Origin: a plasmid
Reading direction: 5' to 3' (one strand)
Length of the DNA stretch: 64,000 bases
Sequence record: NZ_CP085281.1
Below the pieces are notes generated by a model. That model did not search any database and had not been told where the DNA came from. It saw only the letters and a list, made by a program, of their open reading frames with translations. This document shows, piece by piece, positions 10,502 to 18,913 of the stretch. The position numbers and the translations under genes are program-made. The stretch's first letter is position 1; each line of letters begins with the position of its first letter.

Positions 10502-10539
10502 GCAGCCCAGACGACACGTCCACCCGACACTCGGTCTGA

Positions 10540-10722
10540 TTAGTCGTCCACCGCGCGGACCGGCTCCCCGTTGATCAGGTCGTAGGCAGTGGAGCGGATT
10601 GTCACGATGTCGAGTTCGTCGAGGTCGGCCAGCCGGCCGATGGAATCGGCGATCGCCTCCGGGGTCATGCCCTCATCCAGTCGCTGTTGGATCTCGTCGA
10701 TCTGCGCTCTGGTCAACGCCAT
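10540..10722 (-). CDS. small (~60 aa) HTH-like protein, a paralog of 41271-41495
   Basis: MALTRAQIDEIQQRLDEGMTPEAIADSIGRLADLDELDIVTIRSTAYDLIN aligns with MLNILQRNVIRGYLDDGMSPEEIADYLGRVNDLGPLEVVTIRSAAYDMLN. Confidence 0.4.
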   Translation of the reverse strand: MALTRAQIDEIQQRLDEGMTPEAIADSIGRLADLDELDIVTIRSTAYDLINGEPVRAVDD

Positions 10723-10820
10723 GTCGGCCCCTTTCCCTGCCCACCCGCTGCCGGCTGACACCGGCACGGGGACATGCTATTGCCCCAGTTCAGCATGGTC
10801 GTCCGGCGGCACTATCCTCA

Positions 10821-12983
10821 TCAGCCGGCCTTCTTCCAGCCGCCGGCACCGGTGTCCTCGGCTTCAGCCACCAAATCTTCGCCGACCAGGTAGACCGTCG
10901 GCTTACCGGCGATGCCGTTGTGCTCGACGTGTACGCACCGCAGGTGCGAACCCATCGGCAGAATCACCTCGTCCTCACCGGAGAAGTTGGAGATGCTCTT
11001 GACCGGCAACCCCTCCCGGGTGCGCACGACCATGTAGTACGGCGGATGCCCGGCGAACGCCGAGGCCGTTGACTGCTTGGTGGTCGTGCTGGTCACCTTC
11101 CCTACTTCCATGCGAGCACCGACACTGAACACCGCGTCGATGTACTCCGCCGGCGTTCCCTTCCACCCGCTGGGCACCCTCGTCCCGCGCACCACCGTCA
11201 TCGGAGACATGTTCGGGTTGTTCTCGCGGAACTTGTCGAACGCCGACTCGATCCCGGAGACCACCGTCTTGATCGACCCCGAGGGCTTGGCACCGTCACG
11301 CCCGCAGATCGCCGCGTTGATCGCGGTGTAACTGCCGCCGGTGTACGTCGTCAACGCCGAACGCTCCTTGCTGTCGAGCGCCTTCTGCACGAACGCCGCA
11401 TTCGCCGCCGTCAGCTCACTGATGCTCGACGTCTGGACCCCCGGGCCGCTGGTGTTGAAGCCCCACGCCTTGAGGTTGCCCGCCCGCTGGCCGATCACCG
11501 CATAGTCCTCGGCGGTCTCTTTGCCCCACGCGCGGATGCCGCTGCGCCACAACGCTTTGTGCTTGTCCGCACCGAGGCTGTCGGGTGGGATTTTGTGGTC
11601 GAAGTGCGGGATGACCCCGCCACCACGGGTCAATGTGCCCAGCGCGCGCCGATGTGCCGCCGCGTAGGCCTCCTGGGCGGCCGCGGCTCCCTTGCCCGCC
11701 GCCAGGGCCTCGGCGCGGGCGGCCTCGCCGGCGGCCACGGCCGCCTTCTCCCGCACAAGCTTCTTGTGCCGCTTGGTCGCGTCGTAGATGTCGGCGCGCA
11801 CCGGTCCTGCGCCCACGGCCTCGACGAGCTTCTCGCGGGCCTCCCCCATCTTGTCGTCGATGAACTTCTGGTGCTGCTCGGCGTTCCAATGATGTTCTGC
11901 GGCTTGGCCTGCCAGCTGCAACAGCACCTGAGACTTGATGTGGTGGGCCTGAGCCTCGGTGTCGGTGGCGCCCTCGGCAAGTGGGGGCAGCTCGGCCATC
12001 ATGGGCATGCGGTTGGCCTTGTTGAGCGCCGCGGACTTCCCGCCGGCAGCGGCCACGCCGTGGTAAACCCCGTCGCGCTTCTGCAGGATGAGGAAGTCGC
12101 CGGATCCGCGGCGGTGGATCGCCGTCCCACCGTCGAGCAGACGCCCCTCGACTTCGACGGCCCCCGATCCGGTCTCCATCAGGAACTTGCCGGGGGTGTA
12201 GACGGAGGTGTCGCGCACCGCCCCGGCCAACAGCGCCGGCTGCGGCCCCGCATCCAGCGCCCCGGCAGCCTCGGCCGCCACCGACCGGTTCAACGACCGC
12301 GCCAACGCCTCGACGTCCTCGGCACTGAGGTTGGCGCAGTACGCGTCGCGCTCCTCTCCGGGCAGCGTGGTGGCCACCCCGTACTTCGCCGCGACCACGT
12401 CATCGGCTGCCATCGGGACGGCGAGCTTGGCCTGCTCATAGGCCGCCTTGGCCGCGTCGATCTCCTCACCGGCTTGCGCAAGCTGCGTGAGCTGCTCGCC
12501 CGTCAGCGAGTCCCCTTCGGCCGAGCCGAACTCCTTGACCAGCTTGCGGCGCCGCGCCTGGGCCCGCTGCACGGCCTTACGGCCGTCGTCGACGGCCTTC
12601 TCCGCCGCGGCGAGCGCCTCCTGCGCCTGCTCCAGAGCGTGCTCCTCCGGGGAGATCTGCGGGCCGGCCAGTGCGGCCTGCTCGGCCTTGGCCGCGGCGA
12701 TCAGCAGCCCCGCCGAGGGAGGGTTGGAGTGGGTACTGGGCATGGGGGTGTCACCGAGCACCGACTCCTCGATGCCCATCGCCTTCATGAATTCCGGTAG
12801 GACGCTCGGGGGTGCGGCCAGGATCGCCTTCGCGGTGGCGACCAGGCCTTGCTCGGTGAGGTGATCGACCACCTTCTTGCGGGCCAGCCGGCCCAGCCGC
12901 CGATTGCCGTTCGCCTTGGCCGCGGCGCCATAGCTTCCGCAGCCGGGGCAACGCCGGCCACCATGTTGGGTCGATCGGCACAC
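10821..12983 (-). CDS. Multidomain putative toxin: N-terminal Cys domain, Ala-rich coiled-coil, C-terminal mono-ADP-ribosyltransferase domain (R-S-E clade)
   Basis: The C-terminal ~170 aa carry YTGGSYTAINAAI (alpha-3 motif), a catalytic Arg (VVRGTRV), an STS-like motif (STTTKQS) and the ARTT loop FSGEDEVILPMGS. The loop parallels iota Ia FAGEYEMLLP and C3 GEYEVLL. The N-terminal 90 aa are paralogous to the N-terminus of 9030-9800. Confidence 0.7.
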   Translation of the reverse strand: MCRSTQHGGRRCPGCGSYGAAAKANGNRRLGRLARKKVVDHLTEQGLVATAKAILAAPPSVLPEFMKAMGIEESVLGDTPMPSTHSNPPSAGLLIAAAKAEQAALAGPQISPEEHALEQAQEALAAAEKAVDDGRKAVQRAQARRRKLVKEFGSAEGDSLTGEQLTQLAQAGEEIDAAKAAYEQAKLAVPMAADDVVAAKYGVATTLPGEERDAYCANLSAEDVEALARSLNRSVAAEAAGALDAGPQPALLAGAVRDTSVYTPGKFLMETGSGAVEVEGRLLDGGTAIHRRGSGDFLILQKRDGVYHGVAAAGGKSAALNKANRMPMMAELPPLAEGATDTEAQAHHIKSQVLLQLAGQAAEHHWNAEQHQKFIDDKMGEAREKLVEAVGAGPVRADIYDATKRHKKLVREKAAVAAGEAARAEALAAGKGAAAAQEAYAAAHRRALGTLTRGGGVIPHFDHKIPPDSLGADKHKALWRSGIRAWGKETAEDYAVIGQRAGNLKAWGFNTSGPGVQTSSISELTAANAAFVQKALDSKERSALTTYTGGSYTAINAAICGRDGAKPSGSIKTVVSGIESAFDKFRENNPNMSPMTVVRGTRVPSGWKGTPAEYIDAVFSVGARMEVGKVTSTTTKQSTASAFAGHPPYYMVVRTREGLPVKSISNFSGEDEVILPMGSHLRCVHVEHNGIAGKPTVYLVGEDLVAEAEDTGAGGWKKAG

Positions 12984-13254
12984 CGTGCGCCTCCTTCAGG
13001 TGTCTTTGGCAGGTACACCTATGAAGTACCGACGCACAGCGCCTTTTCCGTCACCTCATCTCAGAATTGACCCACAACACGCCTCCTAGCAGCGGCGATG
13101 CCACGTCCCCCCGGACTTGCGGGCGACGACGCACGCAAACGCCCCGCCCGGGGCCGGGCAAGCTTCTGTGAGCAGTCGCGATGGCGCGCCCTGCGCCGAC
13201 AGGCCGCCCATCCGGGCCGCTGTGGCTCTCTCGGAGCGAGGGACTTACCGCCGG

Positions 13255-14190
13255 TCAGCGAGCTGCGTCTGCCGCTTCGGCAATTTGCGTGGCGGCGTCG
13301 ATGTCGCTCCCGTGAGCACGGCGCGCCTGGCTGTGTCTCCACACGCTTTTGGCTCGTGCACCCGGCTTGAGTCCTGCGGCCTTGACCTCCACCCACTGCT
13401 CCGTGACCAGCCATAGAGCCTGGTCGCGGGCGTCGTCAAGATCGCGGAACAAGCGGTCGCCATCTCCGTTGTGCACCTCGACGAGGTCTTCCCAGTTGGG
13501 ACGCCGACCTTCATTGGCGGCAGTGAAACGACGGACTGCCGAGGCGACGCGCCGCCCCATCGAATTGGGCGACCGAACGACTGACGCAAAGTAGCTCGGC
13601 CCAGCACAGAGACTGCGCGTAGAGGTGTTGAACGCAAACCACCCGCGTTGGCGCCCGCTTCGAATCAGATCACGACGCAACGGCCGGTAGGTGCCCTGGA
13701 GGTCCCGGACGCCGAACTCGTTGAGAATCTGCTCGATCGGTGCGCTGCTGAAGAACTCGTTCCACGTCGGGCCTTGGGCATAGACCTGGTGGTATTCGTG
13801 GATCCAGGCCGCACCCAGCTTGCCGAAATGATCGATCTCCTCAACGGTCCACTGCCGCGCAGGTACGTGAGGACGGGGCGGGGCCGCAGCGCCGGCGGCT
13901 ACGGCTCGGCACGTCGGCACCTGCCCCTTCTTGAGTAGAGCGAGGATCATCTGACCGTCCGCCGACATCGGATCGGGCAGCACCAACGGATCCTGATCCG
14001 GCTTGGCAGGATTCAGCGCCCGCTCAAGCAAATCCCTGTTGGCATTTGTGCACTCGACGCCGAGGGCATCGAGAAACGCAGCGATCGCCTGCTTCGTCTC
14101 CACGGACCTGCCTCCTTCGCCCGGCGTGTGCCTCACATTAAGGCCGAATCGTCGCCGCGTAGCCGTACGCACCGCAAGCGGGTCCTCCAA
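13255..14190 (-). CDS. hypothetical protein
   Basis: Long ORF with no recognisable motif. The start may be an internal GTG. Confidence 0.4.
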   Translation of the reverse strand: MEDPLAVRTATRRRFGLNVRHTPGEGGRSVETKQAIAAFLDALGVECTNANRDLLERALNPAKPDQDPLVLPDPMSADGQMILALLKKGQVPTCRAVAAGAAAPPRPHVPARQWTVEEIDHFGKLGAAWIHEYHQVYAQGPTWNEFFSSAPIEQILNEFGVRDLQGTYRPLRRDLIRSGRQRGWFAFNTSTRSLCAGPSYFASVVRSPNSMGRRVASAVRRFTAANEGRRPNWEDLVEVHNGDGDRLFRDLDDARDQALWLVTEQWVEVKAAGLKPGARAKSVWRHSQARRAHGSDIDAATQIAEAADAAR

Positions 14191-14354
14191 CTAGCACTGA
14201 TCACCTCAGCTCACGGGTCACCGCAGGGCTGCTAGCAGCGGCGATGCCACGTCCCCATCGCGGCCGGTCAGGGCGGCGTCGACGACACCTCCAGCGACGG
14301 CCGCATAGCTGCTCACGCACCGCAGACCTTCTACCAGGCACGATGACACGTCCC

Positions 14355-14684
14355 TCAGTCGAGCAAGGTCACGAAGTCGTGCGCGCCGAACTCGAAGTGG
14401 TGAGTCTGCCCGGAGTCGTCGATGAGGACGAGCTTGGTGGGGCCCGGCCGCGGGACACCCTGCCCGTCTCTGGTCAGCGCGAAGGCGGTGGTGGCGACCA
14501 GGCCGGAGATGGTGCCCGTGATGCCGTCGAACTGGGCGCGGCGGCCGTGGTAGGTCACGTAGTCTGCGAGTTCGCGCACCAGCACCCGCCGCGGCGGCGG
14601 TGGCGCAGCAGGGTCCATCGGCAACCTCGGGCTTTCGGCGCCGCCCGGGCCTCCGCCGCGGCGGGCGAACCAGTCGATATCCAT
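14355..14684 (-). CDS. hypothetical protein
   Basis: ORF with coding-like composition. Confidence 0.3.
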   Translation of the reverse strand: MDIDWFARRGGGPGGAESPRLPMDPAAPPPPRRVLVRELADYVTYHGRRAQFDGITGTISGLVATTAFALTRDGQGVPRPGPTKLVLIDDSGQTHHFEFGAHDFVTLLD

Positions 14685-14704
14685 GCGACTTCCCCTTGGT
14701 GCTG

Positions 14705-14914
14705 TTAGTGCCAGATCTTCAACGCGTCGAGGACGGCCCAGCCTCCGCTGGCGCCGGCGCCGCTGGCTGCCGCCAATACTGCCGCAGCCCAGATCATCCG
14801 CCGGACGCGCCGAACGAACCGCAACAGCGCGAGGGCGGCGACCATCCCGATGGCGCCGAGCGCCACCAGCACAATGGGGTCGCCGTGCCCGGCGAGCACC
14901 GAGTCAATTGACAT
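14705..14914 (-). CDS. small membrane protein
   Basis: MSIDSVLAGHGDPIVLVALGAIGMVAALALL forms a single TM helix. Trimmed from a longer ORF. Confidence 0.3.
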   Translation of the reverse strand: MSIDSVLAGHGDPIVLVALGAIGMVAALALLRFVRRVRRMIWAAAVLAAASGAGASGGWAVLDALKIWH

Positions 14915-15006
14915 GTTTGATCTCTCCCGTATCCGTTGACGCTCATCAACTCTCCCAGCGGTGACCGTCGGCGCGACCGGCTGCGGGGACGTGTCATTCC
15001 TGCAGT

Positions 15007-15418
15007 TCAGAACAGTGTGACGACGTGCCAGCGGGTGCCCGCGGTCGCCGCGACCACCTCTCGGGGGAACTGCTTCGGTCCCCTCGGCGCCGACAGCGGG
15101 CGGCACCCGCGCCCACGGCCACCGCGCTGACACAGGAACCCGCCGGCGACCTCGACGTCATGGGCGCGGGTGAAGAAGTCGACCGCGAAGCCGGTCAGCC
15201 GCGATAATGCCTGCAGCTGCTCCCAACTCGGGTACAGCTGTCCGGCTTCCCACTGATCGACCGCAGGCTCCTCGACCCCGCACGCGCGGTCGACCTCGGG
15301 ACCGTAGAGCGCCCGCATGTCCAGGGCGGCCGTGATCGCCCGCGGCGACACCAGCCCATCACGCCACGCCTGGAACGCCCCTGCCTGGCTGCTGCCGTTC
15401 AGGTCGGCGACGCTCACA
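15007..15418 (-). CDS. HTH (XRE-like) protein
   Basis: LYGPEVDRACGVEEPAVDQWEAGQLYPSWEQLQALSRLTGFAVDFF is a typical HTH_3. A GTG start overlaps the DUF4031 stop (TGTGA). Confidence 0.45.
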
Positions 15419-15755
15419 GCAGGGTCTCCTGCACACCGGTCTCCAGCTCGGCGCGGTAGCGGGCGTCGATGATGGCCGCGGCCTGCCGCCAGCTCACCTC
15501 GACCGCACCCAGGGCGACCGCCTGACGGCGCTTTCCTTCGGTCACGTCGTAGTGCCAGTTGTGCGACGCCCGGCTTCCCGGCCGTGCTTTCGGCTTCCCG
15601 GTCTTCACGGGGTCCTGAAACCAACTGCGCCGCAACCCGAGTCGTTGCGCGAAGGCGTGCAGCTCCTCGGTGGTGTCGGCGAACAGATGTGACCACGTCG
15701 AGTCGAGTCGACCCACTTTCGCCGGGATCCGCGCGTCGTCGACGTAGACGGTCAC
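15414..15755 (-). CDS. DUF4031 family protein
   Basis: MTVYVDDARIP ... HLFADTTEELHAFAQRLGL ... WHYDVT matches the DUF4031 consensus. Confidence 0.6.
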   Translation of the reverse strand: MTVYVDDARIPAKVGRLDSTWSHLFADTTEELHAFAQRLGLRRSWFQDPVKTGKPKARPGSRASHNWHYDVTEGKRRQAVALGAVEVSWRQAAAIIDARYRAELETGVQETLL

Positions 15756-16732
15756 GACGCCGCCCCCGCCACCGCCGTGACGGTGGGTTGCCTGCCGACG
15801 GCACGCTCCGCGGTGGCCTCGATGGCCATGGCGCGCCGGATGGCCTGATGTACGACCTGGGGGGCCTCCAGCGGAAGCATGTGCCCGGCTGTGGGGATCT
15901 CGACGTGCTCGGCGCCGGGGATCGCCGCGGCGAGGTCGCGCCCGTGCGCGGCCGGTGTCAGAGGATCAGCGCCACCGGAGAGCACCACCGTGCGGGCCCG
16001 GATACCGGCCAGCATCGGGTACTGGTCGTAATCGCGCAGCGCCGGCAGGAACCCGACCGCGGTGGCCACCGAGACGGCCGCCAGCGCGTCGGCGGCCACC
16101 GCGGCGATCGTCGCCGCCGACGCCCCGCGCCGGCACCTGCCCAGCGCCGCACACAGCGGCCCCACCATCGCTTTGAGCGCTACCTCGGGGGCGCGGTTGA
16201 CCACACCGAATAGCGCCGCGGTCGCCGGCGTCCCCAACATCCTGCCCAGCCCGCGGTGACACAGCTTGCCGGCCGCGGTGGCGACGAGCACCAACCCCGT
16301 GGGCTCGACCGGCCGCCGGTCCAGCCCGAGGTAGCCCAGCGCGGTCATCCCGCCCATGCTGTGTCCCACCAACGTCATCGGGCCCTCGACGTGTAGTCCG
16401 GCCAGCACGGCGGCCAGGTCCTTGGCCAGCCGCTCGATGCGGTAGGTGTTCATCGGCGCCTGCCCGGAGCGGCCATGACCCCGGTGGTCATAGCTGATGA
16501 TCCGCACTGCCGACCCGTATCGGTCTGTCAGGTAATCGATTTGGCGTGCCCAGCATCCTTGCGACAGGCACAGCCCGTGCAGGAACACCACGGTGTGCAC
16601 CGCACCCGGTCCACCGTGGTCGCGCACCGCCAGGACCACACCGTCGTCCATGGTGATCGCCACCTCGCGGCAGCTCCGCCGCGCAACAGCCTGCGTCACG
16701 ACGCGCCCCTTTCTACGCTGATTGGCTGACAT
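15752..16732 (-). CDS. alpha/beta hydrolase
   Basis: HGLCLSQG oxyanion region and the GHSMGG nucleophile elbow. The true start is probably the internal MDDGVVL. Confidence 0.7.
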   Translation of the reverse strand: MSANQRRKGRVVTQAVARRSCREVAITMDDGVVLAVRDHGGPGAVHTVVFLHGLCLSQGCWARQIDYLTDRYGSAVRIISYDHRGHGRSGQAPMNTYRIERLAKDLAAVLAGLHVEGPMTLVGHSMGGMTALGYLGLDRRPVEPTGLVLVATAAGKLCHRGLGRMLGTPATAALFGVVNRAPEVALKAMVGPLCAALGRCRRGASAATIAAVAADALAAVSVATAVGFLPALRDYDQYPMLAGIRARTVVLSGGADPLTPAAHGRDLAAAIPGAEHVEIPTAGHMLPLEAPQVVHQAIRRAMAIEATAERAVGRQPTVTAVAGAAS

Positions 16733-17618
16733 CCATTGCGGTACAGCCTTTTTCGCTGCCCGCGGCCCCTGCAGCCGTCACGCCGTCGAGGGCGTCCGAC
16801 AGGTCGGCGATCGCCTTGCGCGCAGCCTCCGCTGGATTCGCATAGCCCTCGGTGATGCGGTAAGCCACCCGCGCGAGGTTCCCGTGCGCGGTGACCATCC
16901 CGGCGATCTCGCGTAGCGCCTGCAAGCCGATCGCCCCATGCCGGGGCGGCTTGTCCGCGGAGTTCCAGTCGATCGGCGCGCCGCCCAGCGCCTCACGGAC
17001 GAGCGCGAGCTGGTGCTGCAGCTCGGTCACATCGGGCAGCTCGGCGATGCGCGCCGCCAGCGTCGCGGCGGCTTCCTTCTTGGCCTCCTGCTGAGCTTTG
17101 GCCCGCGCGGCCGCCGCCTCGGCGTCCACGGCTTCAGCACGCAGGGTGTCGTAGCGGGCGAACACCGACCGCACCGCATCCCAGGACGGCTGGTGATCGG
17201 CCTTGGCCACCGCGGGGTGATGCACGTTCATCCGGGTCACCGAGCGGCCCGGCGACATCAGACCCCACCCGGTGGGCAGCTCCCCGTCGCGCACGATGGC
17301 GGGGTCGGAGACGACCAACCACCACTGGTGGCACTCGTCGGCCCATGCATCGGCTTTGCCGTTCTTGCGACCCATCTCGGCCACCCAGTCCGAGCGCGAC
17401 ACCTTGATTTCGTGGCCAATCATCTGACGCCCGCTGGTGGTGGTGAACCCCACGTACACGGCGTCACACCGGCGCCCTGCCCCGTACCCGCCATTCATCC
17501 CGACCTCGGGGACGAAGATCCCGCCCGGCAGGCGCCGGGACGGCTCGATGTAGTGGCGACGGAGCCGACCCAGCAGGTCGGTAGCCGTCATCGTCGAGGT
17601 GTCGCGCGTCGCGGTCAT
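16713..17618 (-). CDS. PD-(D/E)XK nuclease-fold-like hypothetical protein
   Basis: RCDAVYVGF ... GHEIKVSRSD resembles a D...E-x-K core. Weak. Confidence 0.35.
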   Translation of the reverse strand: MTATRDTSTMTATDLLGRLRRHYIEPSRRLPGGIFVPEVGMNGGYGAGRRCDAVYVGFTTTSGRQMIGHEIKVSRSDWVAEMGRKNGKADAWADECHQWWLVVSDPAIVRDGELPTGWGLMSPGRSVTRMNVHHPAVAKADHQPSWDAVRSVFARYDTLRAEAVDAEAAAARAKAQQEAKKEAAATLAARIAELPDVTELQHQLALVREALGGAPIDWNSADKPPRHGAIGLQALREIAGMVTAHGNLARVAYRITEGYANPAEAARKAIADLSDALDGVTAAGAAGSEKGCTAMDVSQSA

Positions 17619-17625
17619 CGCGGCC

Positions 17626-18108
17626 CTACTTCACGTCGGTCACGACGATCGGGAGCCAGTTGCGCACCGACACCGACCATTTGCCCTCCTGGACGAGGTC
17701 GGCCAGCTCCTGGCACTGCTCGTCGGTGGTGACGTCCCAGCCTTGCCCGATCACATTGACCGGGCCGCGCACACCCGCACGCCAATCGAGCACGGAGTAC
17801 TCCAAGGCGCCGCGCCGCCGAAACGGCGCCTGTCGGGTGAGCACGACGACGTCCTGCCCGGCCACCGCCCGTATCGTCCACCACCCCCGCTCGGCGTCGA
17901 GCCTGACCCGCTGACCGACTGCCATGGCCACCGGCGTCATCGGCTCGACCTGGTAGTACCGGCGCTGCTGCGATCGTTCGGCATTGGTGAGCGTGTCCGT
18001 AGTGGTCATGACCGTGCCTCCTGAACTGTGGTGGATGCTCCTACCTGGTAAGTACCGCCGCGGGCGGGCGTTTCCGTCATTGCGGACGGATATTGATCCC
18101 AGGTCCAC
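17626..18108 (-). CDS. hypothetical protein
   Basis: ORF only. The likely start is the internal MTTTDTL. Confidence 0.3.
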   Translation of the reverse strand: MDLGSISVRNDGNARPRRYLPGRSIHHSSGGTVMTTTDTLTNAERSQQRRYYQVEPMTPVAMAVGQRVRLDAERGWWTIRAVAGQDVVVLTRQAPFRRRGALEYSVLDWRAGVRGPVNVIGQGWDVTTDEQCQELADLVQEGKWSVSVRNWLPIVVTDVK

Positions 18109-18592
18109 CCGTCCAGGACTCGCCCGGCGCGATGCTTGCCGACGCGGACAGCGATCGTGTCGCGGTCGAGTAGCACGGTGTTGGTGGTGCGCTCGCCCAC
18201 CTCCATCAGCCGCTCATGCCCGCCCCGCAGGGTGGTTGCCCCCGGCGCGGGCACGCGGATCACCGGCGAGCGCCGGCCTCCCAGGGGGTGGTCGTAGGCG
18301 CGCCCGAAGCGGAAGTCCTCGTCATCGGTGACCGCGACGGGCAGGTACTCACCGAATTGCTTGAAGTAGAACGCGATGCCTGCTTGCACGCATTCGTCGC
18401 GGATGCCGCGCACCCAGTCCGGATGCAGGGGGCGTGCCTGGGGGCCCGATTCGCCGCCGGCGATGACCCAGTGCAGCACCTCCCGCACGTTCAGACGTTG
18501 CCCGTCCCAGGTCGGATGATCTTGTGGTGGCGTCCATTTCCGCAGAGCCTGACGCAACGCGACGTATTCGAGCAACGGCTCCATCGACAGGT
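18006..18592 (-). pseudogene. Gp37/Gp68 (DUF5131) gene, C-terminal fragment
   Basis: YLSMEPLLEY ... WVIAGGESGPQARPLHPDWVRGIRDECVQAGIAFYFKQFG is the conserved C-terminal half of phage Gp37/Gp68. The N-terminal half lies at 26116-26703. Confidence 0.7.
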
Positions 18593-18638
18593 AGCTTCTC
18601 CGAACTTCCCGAGTCGGGCTCGGGACGATGTTCTGGGT

Positions 18639-18875
18639 TCACGTACGCCCCGGAGGTTCCTCCGTGTGCCGGGCACCAGGGAGCCCAAGTGTGACAATCT
18701 TCTGCATTCTCTGCAGCTTCTGCTCGGCTGCCGCAATACTAATTGCAAGCCCTTCTATTTCACCGAGCCATCCTTGTGCCTTCGCTTCTTTTGTGCGCTC
18801 TTGGAGATTGTCGATTATTTCGATCAGTCGACTCTGCTGGGCTGGGTCCGGCTGAAGCATCGCGCAGCGGATGCA
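18639..18875 (-). pseudogene. Displaced 3' end of element A tnpB (zinc-ribbon tail)
   Basis: ACIRCAMLQPDPAQQSRLIEIIDNLQERTKEAKAQGWLGEIEGL is homologous to the C-terminus of the intact paralog (ACVRCSLLRPDPAQRPRLEEIRSNLEDRIEEAKLHGWLGEVEGL). It continues the frame of 22653-24833. Confidence 0.6.
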
Positions 18876-18913
18876 AGCTTCTCTGAACTTAGCTGGGGCA
18901 CTTAGCGATCCGT

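Noticed and set aside
11559-12800. 413-aa plus-strand ORF antisense to the ART toxin gene
   Set aside because: Low-complexity Gly/Arg/Leu product. The opposite strand encodes a protein with clear domain signatures.
15007-15804. 265-aa ORF as one gene
   Set aside because: The upstream two thirds overlap the DUF4031 gene in another frame. Only the C-terminal HTH part is kept, with a coupled GTG start.
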